Below are positions 51,835-61,596 of a stretch of DNA of 64,000 nucleotides, piece after piece. The notes beneath the pieces were generated by a model. That model saw nothing but the letters and a program-made list of their open reading frames with translations. It was not told the DNA's origin and made no database searches. Source of the stretch: Verrucomicrobiota bacterium. Its GTDB lineage: Bacteria; Verrucomicrobiota; Verrucomicrobiia; Opitutales; Cerasicoccaceae. The translations under genes were made by a program, and so were the position numbers. Within the stretch, counting starts at the first letter, position 1. Every line of letters begins with the position of its first letter. The DNA lies in the NCBI GenBank assembly GCA_039818205.1, contig JBCBUK010000008.1, positions 161,377 to 225,376 on the forward strand, given 5' to 3'.

Positions 51835-53766
51835 ATGAAATACCTCCTGAGCAGCTTTGTTGGAATCCTCATCGGTTTCATCGCAGGCTGGCTGATTCTA
51901 ACACCAGCCGAAAACAGCCCATCCGAAGTCACCCCGACCTCGAGCCCGTCTAAATCAACCGTCAAGGTTTCCGAAAGGCAAAAGCCCGCATCATTCGAAC
52001 CGATCGAGCTCGATGAGGGGACGCAGGCCTTGATCGAACAAATCGCTACCAAGACGCTGGATGAAAAGATCGAGGCGTTCATCAACCTCGGCTCAGACTC
52101 GTCGGCATCAGCCACATTGGTGGCACTTCAAACCGCTTTGTCCATGTCGAGTGGGGAGATCGAACAAGCTCTTCGCAAGATGGAAGAAGAACCGTTGACC
52201 GGGATGAGCCGCTACATCGTCCCCTACTATCTGTTTTCAGCATGGATCGAAAAAGATCCCAATGGCGCTTATGCGTATTACCAAAGCATTGAGGACCCAA
52301 TGCAACGCCAACAACACGCCTGGTCCTTGTTCTCCACCTGGAGCAGCCGCGACCCCGACGGTGCCCTGTCCGCTATCGACTCGATCGAAAATTCCCGAGA
52401 GAAACAACAAGCCTTTTCGTCCTTCATCAACAGTGTCGCCGCCGCGGATCCTCGCAAGGCATTCGACATTCTCTCAACGAGAGAAAACAACGAAAGTAAC
52501 TGGTCGTACAATTCGATTTTTAGCAATTGGGCGATCATGGATCGCTCCGAAGCGTGGGCGACTCTCCAATCGATGCCCATGGGACCAGAGCGTAAGCAAG
52601 CCATTGCTGGTTATTTCACCGCGATCTCACATGACGATCGTCAATCCGCTGCCGATCAGGCCCAACAAATCTCCAATGAGTCAGAGCGTTCACAAGCGCT
52701 GCGGTCAGTTCTCGACCAATGGCTTCGGACCGATTTTGACGGTGCAACCGATTATCTTAGCCGTATTCCGGAGGGACCCGATCGGGACGAGATGCTCAAC
52801 AATCTTTCCTGGCAATTCGGCGAATCTGATCCCGAAAAAGCGCTCAACTGGGTCATTGAAAACACTAAGGGAGAACTCCAGGACAATATGACTGGAAACA
52901 TTCTTCGCCAGATGGCTCAAAACGATCCAATGGCCGCCGCTAAAATCGTTGAGAATCTCCCTTACGGTCGTGCCTATGAGCGTTCGTTAAACAATATTGT
53001 CCATACTTGGTCGGAGCGCGATCCGATAGCAGCAATCGACTGGCTGTCTACCCTCGAAGCCGACGAATACCAGCGTAACGCGATGAATACAGCCTTATCG
53101 CAGCTCGGACAGAAAGAAATTGCTCAAGAGTATTTTCTGCAAATGCCGGAAGGAGACAATCGGAAGGCTTTGGCTCGATCGATCGCACTAAACTTGATCA
53201 AGGACCGCCCTGCGGTTGCCTTGAATTGGGCTAATAGTTTTGATGATCCGGAGGTGACCGAAATGGCCCTCAAGCAGACTTTTGACCAATGGGCAAATCA
53301 CGACCCAGTCGGGCTCGTCGAGTATCTTGATCAAAGCGCTGACCCAGCCGTCCTAAATAAACGCGCCTGGTCGATCGGCCAAAACTGGGCTAAGAAAGAC
53401 CCGGAGGCGGCCGCAAGCTGGGCGCTAAGTATCGAAGATTCCAAAGCCCAGGTTAACGCGGTAAATGCCATTAGCCGAGAATGGCTGAAGCATGATAGTT
53501 TCCTCGCTTCGGAATGGATCTCTGAACTGCCCAAAGGCCCGGTAAAAGATGGCGGTGTCAAACAGCTGATCAACGAGATCTATCGGGAAGACCCGGCGAC
53601 CGCATTCGATTGGATCATCGACATCGAAGATGGGAAGCAACGCAAAGATCAGGCAACGAAAGTCTATAAAGTGCTCAAGAAAAAGGATGCTGCCGCGGCT
53701 GAAGAACAGCTTCGCGGCAGCGACCTCCATGTAGACGAAATCAACCGTCTGTTGGAACTAAATTAG
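51835..53766 (+). CDS. membrane-anchored alpha-solenoid repeat protein (W-x3-DP-x2-A-x2-W repeats)
   Basis: N-terminal TM and about 15 repeats of ~33 aa, e.g. WSERDPIAAIDW and WAKKDPEAAASW. Confidence 0.85.
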   Translation: MKYLLSSFVGILIGFIAGWLILTPAENSPSEVTPTSSPSKSTVKVSERQKPASFEPIELDEGTQALIEQIATKTLDEKIEAFINLGSDSSASATLVALQTALSMSSGEIEQALRKMEEEPLTGMSRYIVPYYLFSAWIEKDPNGAYAYYQSIEDPMQRQQHAWSLFSTWSSRDPDGALSAIDSIENSREKQQAFSSFINSVAAADPRKAFDILSTRENNESNWSYNSIFSNWAIMDRSEAWATLQSMPMGPERKQAIAGYFTAISHDDRQSAADQAQQISNESERSQALRSVLDQWLRTDFDGATDYLSRIPEGPDRDEMLNNLSWQFGESDPEKALNWVIENTKGELQDNMTGNILRQMAQNDPMAAAKIVENLPYGRAYERSLNNIVHTWSERDPIAAIDWLSTLEADEYQRNAMNTALSQLGQKEIAQEYFLQMPEGDNRKALARSIALNLIKDRPAVALNWANSFDDPEVTEMALKQTFDQWANHDPVGLVEYLDQSADPAVLNKRAWSIGQNWAKKDPEAAASWALSIEDSKAQVNAVNAISREWLKHDSFLASEWISELPKGPVKDGGVKQLINEIYREDPATAFDWIIDIEDGKQRKDQATKVYKVLKKKDAAAAEEQLRGSDLHVDEINRLLELN

Positions 53767-53788
53767 ATGGATCTCGGAGGCGATTGGA

Positions 53789-55261
53789 TCAGTAACTGAA
53801 GTCACCGTAATCAAGGAAAAAGCCCGCGTTATCAGGATCATCAAACGGCGGCACGATCGCACCATATTCTAGTGCAAAGAAACGCGTTGGGTTGCCTCCT
53901 AGCGTGGTGCTTGTGATATCCATGCCATCCGTTCCGTCAAAGTCCGAACCCAGATTAAACCAGTCAATCATGTTATCACTATAGATCCACTGGTAGTTCA
54001 AACGCGAATTCGTCTCGGTGCTCAGGTCCACGTCGCCCGGTGCAAGGTCGGGCGCAATCGTAGTATCTGGTGCTGGTTTTAAACAAGCCTCAAGCCACTT
54101 AACCACTTCCTCACGGCACAGACGCTTCGCCTTCTGGTCGGCATTTTCGTTGTTGGTATTCCAGTCAATCTCGGCCGCAATTGTCTCAAGGTCAAAGGAG
54201 TGCTCAACCCCATCCATAATGATATGGTGCTGCAGCGGATCGTCGACCCCAATCAATGCTGCTTGAGCCGATGATGAGAGCGCCTGCTTGATTGGAAAGA
54301 GGTTTCCCGTGAAGGGAGCCGGACCGTTCGGGTTTGAGACACCCAGTAACGAATCTTCCGTGCCGTGAAACATCAATACCTTCATTCGCCGATCAAACAT
54401 GTAGCGACCCGTGGCAATAGAGCTCGCTTGACCATGGTAGCGATAGTGCGAACCACCGCCATAGAAGAAAGCGCCCACTTTGGGAAACGGTAGATCGCTT
54501 CCAATGCGCACTGGGCTATCGACATCTTTGAGGATCGTGACCTCCTGATAGGCCACCGGATTCGAGTTCACGATCTCCTGCAAATCAACGTAGGATACCT
54601 GATATTGGCCAAGGTCAACTGATACATCGACCACCGCATTCATCGCGGTTTGAGCGCCATGTGAGAATCCCATTAGGCCGATGTTGTCGGTATCGACATC
54701 GGATCGGCTTTGAAGATAGCTCAAGGCCGCGATTACGTCCTTGGGACGCTCGTAATTGGGCGAGCATAGGTCGTCATCGACCAATGGATCGTAGTGCGGC
54801 CGACGACCACCGAAGTTGCCGTCTATACCACGCGGATTATAGCTGTCTGGGAATAAAACGATGTAGCCCAGATCAACGAGGAGCTCGCCCCATTGTTCAA
54901 ACTGCGAGATGAGTCCATTGGCGATCACGTCGTTGGACCAGAGTCCGCCCGAACCGTGCATGATAACGACCGCAGGATAGGGTCCGCTGCCGTGAAGGTT
55001 GACATCTGGGAGGTAGATTCGGCCAGCGAGCGTTAAACGATTGGCATCGATTGGATATCCTTGCAACGCGGAGAGTTGCGCGGAAGGCGTTGGGATTGGA
55101 TTGGGCTCCAATGTATCTGGAACATCAAAGAAAACAGTCTCTTCGGTCCAAACGGCGTTAGCAGTGGAACTGGCGAGGCACAGCAGAAGCCCAATAGCCA
55201 GGAGAAAAGAAAAACCGCCAAGCGAACGAGTCGCCTTAGCGGAGGATTGGTTGGTTTTCAT
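53789..55261 (-). CDS. secreted alpha/beta hydrolase, dienelactone-hydrolase-like
   Basis: Signal peptide, HGSGG, nucleophile elbow GFSHG, HGTEDS and HSFD. Start placed at ATG 55261. Confidence 0.85.
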   Translation of the reverse strand: MKTNQSSAKATRSLGGFSFLLAIGLLLCLASSTANAVWTEETVFFDVPDTLEPNPIPTPSAQLSALQGYPIDANRLTLAGRIYLPDVNLHGSGPYPAVVIMHGSGGLWSNDVIANGLISQFEQWGELLVDLGYIVLFPDSYNPRGIDGNFGGRRPHYDPLVDDDLCSPNYERPKDVIAALSYLQSRSDVDTDNIGLMGFSHGAQTAMNAVVDVSVDLGQYQVSYVDLQEIVNSNPVAYQEVTILKDVDSPVRIGSDLPFPKVGAFFYGGGSHYRYHGQASSIATGRYMFDRRMKVLMFHGTEDSLLGVSNPNGPAPFTGNLFPIKQALSSSAQAALIGVDDPLQHHIIMDGVEHSFDLETIAAEIDWNTNNENADQKAKRLCREEVVKWLEACLKPAPDTTIAPDLAPGDVDLSTETNSRLNYQWIYSDNMIDWFNLGSDFDGTDGMDITSTTLGGNPTRFFALEYGAIVPPFDDPDNAGFFLDYGDFSY

Positions 55262-55362
55262 TATTGGATGATGAAAAGACCATATAATGTCCCAAAGCAT
55301 CGCACCCGGCAACCCCAACCGATGGCGGATAATCCTTTAGCGAAAAATTCGCAAGCAGGGAC

Positions 55363-57930
55363 CTAAGCCTCTATTGTTTCTAATTCTCGCTTTGAGCCCT
55401 CGTCCAAAAGGTCCGTCAAATCGGTTAGCGATTGGAAATAGCTCGTAAAGTCGTCGCCATCCGAGAGGTTCCCGACGGCTTGATCAAACAGCTCCCGCTT
55501 TTCGGCCTTGAGCCGCTGTATGCGCTGTTCGATGGTTCCCGCAGTAATCATACGGTAAACAAAGACGACCTTCTTCTGGCCGATGCGGTGCACGCGGTCA
55601 ATCGCCTGAGCCTCAACCGCTGGGTTCCACCAGGGATCCAATAGAAACACGTAGTCCGCGGCATGCAGGGTAATCCCTGATCCGCCAGCGCGCAGGCTAA
55701 CCAGCATGATTGCCGCGCCCTCGCTATTCTGGAAGGTTTGCACAGGCTTCTGCCGATCGACCGTGCTCCCGGTTAACTCGTACAGCGGCACGTCGGGATA
55801 CTGTGCGCTTAGAATCTCTTTCGCCCGGTCGAGGAACGATACAAATTGGCTGAACACAACCGCTTTGTGACCGTTGGCCAAAATCTCGCCCAGACGATCT
55901 CGGAGTGCCGCCAACTTGCCGCTTTGGGCAGTATCGACGTTCATCCAAGGAAGCAATCCCGGGTCGCAACAAGTCTGACGCAAGCGAGTGAGCAGCGTCA
56001 AAAGCCCCATTGCATTCTCTCGCATACCGGCTGGCAGATTGTCCCCAAATCGACTGACTCCCTCGGTGGCAATGCGCTGATACTCGGAGCGCTGAAGATC
56101 CGTTAACGGGCACACCAGATCCAGTTCCACCTTGTCTGGTAATTCCTTTGCGACTTCCTTTTTCGTTCTCCGCAAAATAAATGGCGCCAATTGAGTTCGC
56201 ACGCGAGCCATCGCCTCGGCACCATCCTCTTGGATCGACTCTTCGAAGTGGCGACGCAGCCCCAGGAGCCCGGGCATCAGGAAGCGGAAAATGGTCCACA
56301 CATCCAGAAAGCGGTTCTCAAGTGGCGTCCCCGTCATCGCCAGTCGGTGATCAGCCTTGAGCGCCAGACAAGCCTGGGTCGATTTCGCGTCTGGATTCTT
56401 AATGAATTGCGCCTCATCTAAAATGGCATAGCCAAACGACAAACCATCAAGCAACGGTCGATGGCGTCGTAATTGAGTGTAGCTCGCCAGCCACAGCGCG
56501 GGCTCGGTGTGTTGGCTGAAATCGTTCCCCTTCCCGAGTACCTCAACCCGCATCTCAGGGAAGAAGCGTTGAATCTCCTGCTGCCAAACAGGCACCACGC
56601 TCGCCGGGCATACAATCAAGCTGGGCTTCTCAGAAATTGGCTTTGTGCTCAACAGACTTAGAACCTGCAAGGTTTTGCCCAATCCCATTTCATCGGCCAA
56701 CAGACCATGACACCCACAGGAAAACAAGTGCTGCAACCAGTGGACACCATGCTTCTGGTAGGTGCGCAAGAAGCTTGGGACGCCATTTGCGCCCGGTTCG
56801 GGACAGAACAATCGATCCCGCCACTCAGCAAGTTCGGGCGAGAGCTCAAGTTTGACGGACTCCTGTGCAAAGAAAGAAAACAACAGGTAGCGCGGCGCCC
56901 GACCAGCGATCACAGCCATGCTGTCACCCGTCTCGGCAATGGCTTTCGCTTGGCTTCGGTTCAGTCGAACAAGGCCTCGACCCGGCAATAACACGGGTCC
57001 TTCATCGACTTTGCGAAGCAACTGCTTGCGTTCGCGTTCCGACAGACGACTATTACCGAGTGTCAGGCGCCAGATGATGTCCAAATCGCCACCCAGCATC
57101 TCCTCGCGCACTTCAACCGCGACGTCAATCTCCTGCACACCGATGGCAAGGCTTTCCACGTCGGCATCGACTTCCACCAAAAAGTGCTGTTCCCAACGGG
57201 GAATATCCGTTCGAACAAAGCCCGGTAGGCGGTCCAACTGACTAAGCTCGTAGCGAGCAGTTTTGGTTTGGTAGCGCAATCCATCGCGTCGGGCATTACT
57301 AGCGAGACGAATCAACGCTTCCCGCTCAAGATTGTTCATTTTCTCCGCCGATGGCGCTTCTGGCCCCAAGGCGGCCTCAAGGCGCCCGTCAGGAGTCCGC
57401 CAGCGCACTTCCATCGCGATCCCACTATCAATCGCAATAAACTTCAAGGTGAGCTCACGGGATGCCTCGACCGCCTCCTTTCCGACCCTTTCGGGCTCTT
57501 CAACGGCATTAATTGGCTGCTCGTCGTCTACCACATTGTTCTCATCACCGGAGACTCGCCGAGCTGCCTTGGCGTTCTCGTCTGGTGGCAAAGCGGCAAC
57601 CTCCTCAGCCACAAGTTCTTCGATCTCGTAGAGTGCGGCGCTCGCAAGGATCTGACGTTTAAAGTAATCCTCGATCGATGAGCGGGCATCAATTTTTCCA
57701 TCGGACCATTCCAGGACGACATAGACGTCTTCGCCGTCAGTAATTCTTAAATGTACAATCGCATCGTCAGCGCCAAGTTCGACCTGTCGAATCGCTCCGA
57801 CCCGGTAAAGGCGGCGCCCTTCGTCCACGGCCTCCGGCGCAAAGTTCCCCTCCCAATTCTCCTGCAAACGCGCCAGCCAATTATCCAGTGCGGTATCCGA
57901 ATAGACACGTTGCGAAGTACGGTGATTCAT
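55363..57930 (-). CDS. SNF2-family helicase
   Basis: LADEMGLGKT, DEAQFIKN, TGTPLEN, LRRTK, FSQF and DPWWNPAVEAQAIDRVHRIGQ. Confidence 0.95.
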   Translation of the reverse strand: MNHRTSQRVYSDTALDNWLARLQENWEGNFAPEAVDEGRRLYRVGAIRQVELGADDAIVHLRITDGEDVYVVLEWSDGKIDARSSIEDYFKRQILASAALYEIEELVAEEVAALPPDENAKAARRVSGDENNVVDDEQPINAVEEPERVGKEAVEASRELTLKFIAIDSGIAMEVRWRTPDGRLEAALGPEAPSAEKMNNLEREALIRLASNARRDGLRYQTKTARYELSQLDRLPGFVRTDIPRWEQHFLVEVDADVESLAIGVQEIDVAVEVREEMLGGDLDIIWRLTLGNSRLSERERKQLLRKVDEGPVLLPGRGLVRLNRSQAKAIAETGDSMAVIAGRAPRYLLFSFFAQESVKLELSPELAEWRDRLFCPEPGANGVPSFLRTYQKHGVHWLQHLFSCGCHGLLADEMGLGKTLQVLSLLSTKPISEKPSLIVCPASVVPVWQQEIQRFFPEMRVEVLGKGNDFSQHTEPALWLASYTQLRRHRPLLDGLSFGYAILDEAQFIKNPDAKSTQACLALKADHRLAMTGTPLENRFLDVWTIFRFLMPGLLGLRRHFEESIQEDGAEAMARVRTQLAPFILRRTKKEVAKELPDKVELDLVCPLTDLQRSEYQRIATEGVSRFGDNLPAGMRENAMGLLTLLTRLRQTCCDPGLLPWMNVDTAQSGKLAALRDRLGEILANGHKAVVFSQFVSFLDRAKEILSAQYPDVPLYELTGSTVDRQKPVQTFQNSEGAAIMLVSLRAGGSGITLHAADYVFLLDPWWNPAVEAQAIDRVHRIGQKKVVFVYRMITAGTIEQRIQRLKAEKRELFDQAVGNLSDGDDFTSYFQSLTDLTDLLDEGSKRELETIEA

Positions 57931-58099
57931 GTGCGGAGCAGCAGTATCGATTGAAAATCAGATGGCCTGTAGCAAGTCATCCAATGAAAATATAAGGAAC
58001 CCAAAATCGTAGAGATTCCGCTACACTCGAGCAAGCGCTTTCTGAGAGTGTGTCTAAAATGTCAAATAGCACTCAATCGCTCGAAAACTTGCGCATTTT

Positions 58100-58879
58100 T
58101 CAAAGACATAAACGCAGGCCGTCGTAAGCTAGATGGACGTTCTCTGGCATCTTCGCCGACCAGGTTTCGTGATCAATGTGAAAGGTAAAATGCGTCAAAT
58201 AGCTCGTCGGTAAATTCATTGCGGCGGCAGCGGCAAGCGCCTCGTCAATGGACATATGCGTGGGGTGCTCCATCGGCCGAAGACCGTCAAGAACAACAAC
58301 TTCCGCACCTTCGGCTAGTTCGCGAGCTCGTGGAGTCACTTCCTTACAATCGTTGAAATACGCGAATTTCTTGCCGCTCGAGGTCTCTTCGAAGACCAAG
58401 CCCAATGTGGTCATTCTACCATGAGGCAACAAGGTGCTGTACACCCTTCCCCCAGGCACCTCCAAGACTTCGGGCATCACATTGGGGCGGAAGGCGGCAT
58501 AACCAGGATGGGTCGGCTTTTCGCCGATTGCATAAGGGTATATTTGGCCGATTCGGGCAATCCCATCCGTCGTGCTAAAGACGGGAAGCGCCGAACCATC
58601 TCGCTGATCGCAGAACCGTCGCAGGTCATCCATGCCCATGATATGATCCGCGTGTGGATGCGTCAGAATAAAGGTGTCAATCGTCTCAATCTGATTGCGA
58701 ATACATTGAAGGCGAAATTCCGGTGAGGCATCCACCTGAATGTGGTGACCATCCATGACCACATGGATACTGCTACGCGTCCGCCAATTCTTTGGATTCG
58801 ACAAGTCGCAGCCATGGCTGTCATGCGCAATCATCGGCACACCCTGAGATGTGCCCGTCCCCAGAAAAATCACCTCCAT
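58100..58879 (-). CDS. MBL-fold metallo-hydrolase (PhnP-like)
   Basis: FLGTGTSQGVP, THPHADHIMGMDDLR, HPTHM and LTHFTF..H. Confidence 0.92.
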   Translation of the reverse strand: MEVIFLGTGTSQGVPMIAHDSHGCDLSNPKNWRTRSSIHVVMDGHHIQVDASPEFRLQCIRNQIETIDTFILTHPHADHIMGMDDLRRFCDQRDGSALPVFSTTDGIARIGQIYPYAIGEKPTHPGYAAFRPNVMPEVLEVPGGRVYSTLLPHGRMTTLGLVFEETSSGKKFAYFNDCKEVTPRARELAEGAEVVVLDGLRPMEHPTHMSIDEALAAAAAMNLPTSYLTHFTFHIDHETWSAKMPENVHLAYDGLRLCL

Positions 58880-58980
58880 AGAGTTCCCTGTATCGCTGAT
58901 TTACGAATTGGGGAAAAGCAAAATCAACGAAATCTTGAGCGGCGTTGACTCAATCTTCCGATGCGGCATGGTCCACAACT

Positions 58981-59679
58981 ATGAGTGACACAACACGCTT
59001 CATTGTCATCACCGGTTGCACCCGCGGGCTTGGCCGCGCACTTGTTGACGAGTTTACTCGGCTGGGCCACCGGGTCGCAGGTTGCGGAACCAACGGAACG
59101 CACATCGCCGAGCTTCAGCGCCAACCGGGACCCACTGAAGATTTTTCAATCGTTAACGTTACGAAACCCAAACAAGTCCTTCACTGGGCGGAGGATCTCA
59201 TTGCACGGCATGGTCCGCCGGACATGCTGATTGCCAACGCGGGTTACATGAATGGCCATGGAGCCGCTTGGGAGCTCGATCACGAAGAATGGGAGAAATC
59301 GATGCTCATCAATGTCTTAGGTGTGGCGAATACGGTCCGGGCGTTTGTCCCCTTTATGGTGCTAGCAAAGCGCGGGGTGATTCTTGGCTTCAGCTCACGA
59401 GCCGGCGTTCAAGGCTTTGCTGAAATTGCTCCCTACTGCGCCTCAAAGCATGCGCTGGAAGGGCTCCTCAAAACGCTTGCACTCGAGCTTCCCGAAGGCA
59501 TGGCCAGTATTCCCGTGGCGCCCGGAGCGATTAATACCGATATCCTAAACAAACATTGGGGCGAAGCACGTGCGAGCGCACAACCCGATGCCGCCGACTG
59601 GGCCAAACAAGCTGCCCCGTACCTCCTTAGATTGGGACCCGAGCAGAACGGGCAATCCGTGCGAATCGACGGGTTTTAA
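58981..59679 (+). CDS. SDR family oxidoreductase
   Basis: ITGCTRGLG, NAG and catalytic YCASK. Start placed at ATG 58981. Confidence 0.92.
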   Translation: MSDTTRFIVITGCTRGLGRALVDEFTRLGHRVAGCGTNGTHIAELQRQPGPTEDFSIVNVTKPKQVLHWAEDLIARHGPPDMLIANAGYMNGHGAAWELDHEEWEKSMLINVLGVANTVRAFVPFMVLAKRGVILGFSSRAGVQGFAEIAPYCASKHALEGLLKTLALELPEGMASIPVAPGAINTDILNKHWGEARASAQPDAADWAKQAAPYLLRLGPEQNGQSVRIDGF

Positions 59680-61331
59680 GCGGAACCCATAAGCTCGCGC
59701 GCATGTTGCCGTGCGGAGACCGAATCGCGATCACCCAACATTCGGGCCAACTCGTTCTCGCGCAAGGTCTCCTGGTCATCAATCCGGGCGATTGAAACCG
59801 TGGTCTCATCGTCGCTTTGGGCTTTCTCGACCAGATAATGCTGGCGAGCCAATGCCGCAACCTGTGGCAAGTGGGTAACACAGAATACCTGGTGTTCGCC
59901 GGCCAACGCAGACAATTCTCGCCCGACAGCGGCTCCAATTTCGCCGCCCACATTGGCGTCCACCTCATCAAAGACGAGAAGCGCGGTGGAATCTGCTTTG
60001 GCCAAGACCGCTTTGAGCGCGAGCATCACCCGAGCCGTCTCACCGCTCGATGCGATCTTATTGAGAGGCATCAATGCCTGGCCGGCATTGGGCGCAAACA
60101 GGAACTGACAGTTGCTATGCCCGTGGCGACTAAGCTTATCTTCCGTGCTCACCTCGATCACAAAATCAGCTTTTTTAAAGCCTAGCTTCACCAACAGCTT
60201 TCGCGCCTGCCCGGCTAAACTCTTCGCACCCTTCAAGCGCGCGCGGCGCAAACCATCGGCCTGCTCAAGAAGTTGTTTCTCGAGCTCCGATGCCTGGTGC
60301 TCCAGGCGTATCAGCTGCCCTTCGACATCGGTTTGCGAAGCAATCTTGGTTGCCAGGGCGACACGCTTGGCTCGAACCGCTTCAGTCGTGGGCCCAAATT
60401 TGCGCTTTATCTGAAGCCAAAGCTGCATGCGCTGCTGGATTGCCTCCGCCTCACGCGGATCGAACACCCCGCCGGTCGCAATCGATGAGTATTCATCAGC
60501 GAGGTCCTCTGCCTCGATAATCAAAGCGTCCATTCGGCCAGCGAATGAATCCGTGGTCGAATCTATATCCACAAGCGCCCGAGCATCCTTGAGAGCATTG
60601 GAAACCGCACGAGCCGCATTGCGAGCACCCGCCTCGGCTTGTTCGGCCAGCTGGCTCAACTCACGAACATTGTCCAATCGATTGAAATCCCGCTCCAATT
60701 GTTCGATTGACTCCTCACTGGGATCTACGGTGTCAATGGAATCAATTTGGGTCTGGATAAAGTCGGCTTCCTCCGTCGAAAGTTGTTCACCGTGCCGCAA
60801 CTCATCCATCTGCTTGTTTAATGAACGCCAGCTGTCGTAATCGTCTTGGTATTGATCCAGCGCCTTCGCGTTCCGCGAAAAGATGTCCAGCAACGAAAGC
60901 TGGTTCTTCTCGTGGAAAAGTTTTTGGGGCTCGCCCGGACCATGAAAATCAATCCAAACCTCTCCCAAGCGTTGCAAGGCGTTCACGGTCGTCAGGGATC
61001 CGTTAACCTGGACTTTGCCCCCACGCTTTCGATGAACCGACCGCTTCAAGATGAGCATATCGTCCTCACACGGAGGCAAGTCGAGGGATTGCAATATCGC
61101 TCCGATCGTCTTGTCGTTGGTCAAGTGGAGCGAAGCCTCAACCACGCATTCATCGGCTCCCGCCCGGATAATCGTTTTCTCAACCCGATTTCCCGCCAAC
61201 ATCGAGAGCGCACCCAGCAAAACGCTTTTTCCGGCGCCGGTCTCGCCGGTGACTGCGGTAAAGCCTGCTTCAAAGTCCAAGGCGACTTCGTCAAGTAAGG
61301 CTAAATTCTGGATCCTCAGGTATTGGAGCAC
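59676..61331 (-). CDS. recN: DNA repair protein RecN
   Basis: TGETGAGKS, ASSGETARVMLALK, FDEVDANVGG and CVTHLPQVAA. GTG start at 61331. Confidence 0.96.
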   Translation of the reverse strand: MLQYLRIQNLALLDEVALDFEAGFTAVTGETGAGKSVLLGALSMLAGNRVEKTIIRAGADECVVEASLHLTNDKTIGAILQSLDLPPCEDDMLILKRSVHRKRGGKVQVNGSLTTVNALQRLGEVWIDFHGPGEPQKLFHEKNQLSLLDIFSRNAKALDQYQDDYDSWRSLNKQMDELRHGEQLSTEEADFIQTQIDSIDTVDPSEESIEQLERDFNRLDNVRELSQLAEQAEAGARNAARAVSNALKDARALVDIDSTTDSFAGRMDALIIEAEDLADEYSSIATGGVFDPREAEAIQQRMQLWLQIKRKFGPTTEAVRAKRVALATKIASQTDVEGQLIRLEHQASELEKQLLEQADGLRRARLKGAKSLAGQARKLLVKLGFKKADFVIEVSTEDKLSRHGHSNCQFLFAPNAGQALMPLNKIASSGETARVMLALKAVLAKADSTALLVFDEVDANVGGEIGAAVGRELSALAGEHQVFCVTHLPQVAALARQHYLVEKAQSDDETTVSIARIDDQETLRENELARMLGDRDSVSARQHARELMGSA

Positions 61332-61454
61332 AGATAGCCATTTGAATGATCCCGGGAAAGCTAGCAACTACGAAAACCATCAATACAATTTTCCTCAAAT
61401 TTTGCCTTGCGCTTCATCCACCAAAGGTCTTTGTTCCTTCCTTTCCCAAATATT

Positions 61455-61531
61455 GGGGGTATAGCTCAGTTGGCTAGAGCGCATCGTTGACATCGATGAG
61501 GTCACTGGTTCGAGCCCAGTTACTCCCACCA
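61455..61531 (+). tRNA. tRNA-Val (GAC)
   Basis: Acceptor stem GGGGGTA/TACTCCC, D arm AGCTCAGTTGGCTAGAGC, anticodon arm CATCG-TTGACAT-CGATG, T loop GGTTCGAGC and encoded CCA. Confidence 0.97.
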
Positions 61532-61534
61532 AGA

Positions 61535-61578
61535 AAAATATAAGCCGCTATCTATCAACGATTTGCGGTTTTTATTTT
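61535..61578. terminator. hairpin immediately downstream of tRNA-Val
   Basis: AAAATATAAGCCGC ... GCGGTTTTTATTTT inverted repeat with A/T tails on both sides. Confidence 0.55.
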
Positions 61579-61596
61579 GCCCCAACTGCACACAAC

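Noticed and set aside
58020..58062. GAGAGTGTGTCTAAAA resembling an IS5-like terminal repeat, with a similar AGACACGCTA at 47671
   Set aside because: Matches are too short, no transposase is present, and there is no properly paired inverted end or target duplication.
55363..58879. SNF2 helicase plus MBL hydrolase as an anti-phage system
   Set aside because: Both look like ordinary chromosomal families (SWIM-SNF2-like, PhnP-like), are separated by 170 nt, and lack methylase or nuclease partners.
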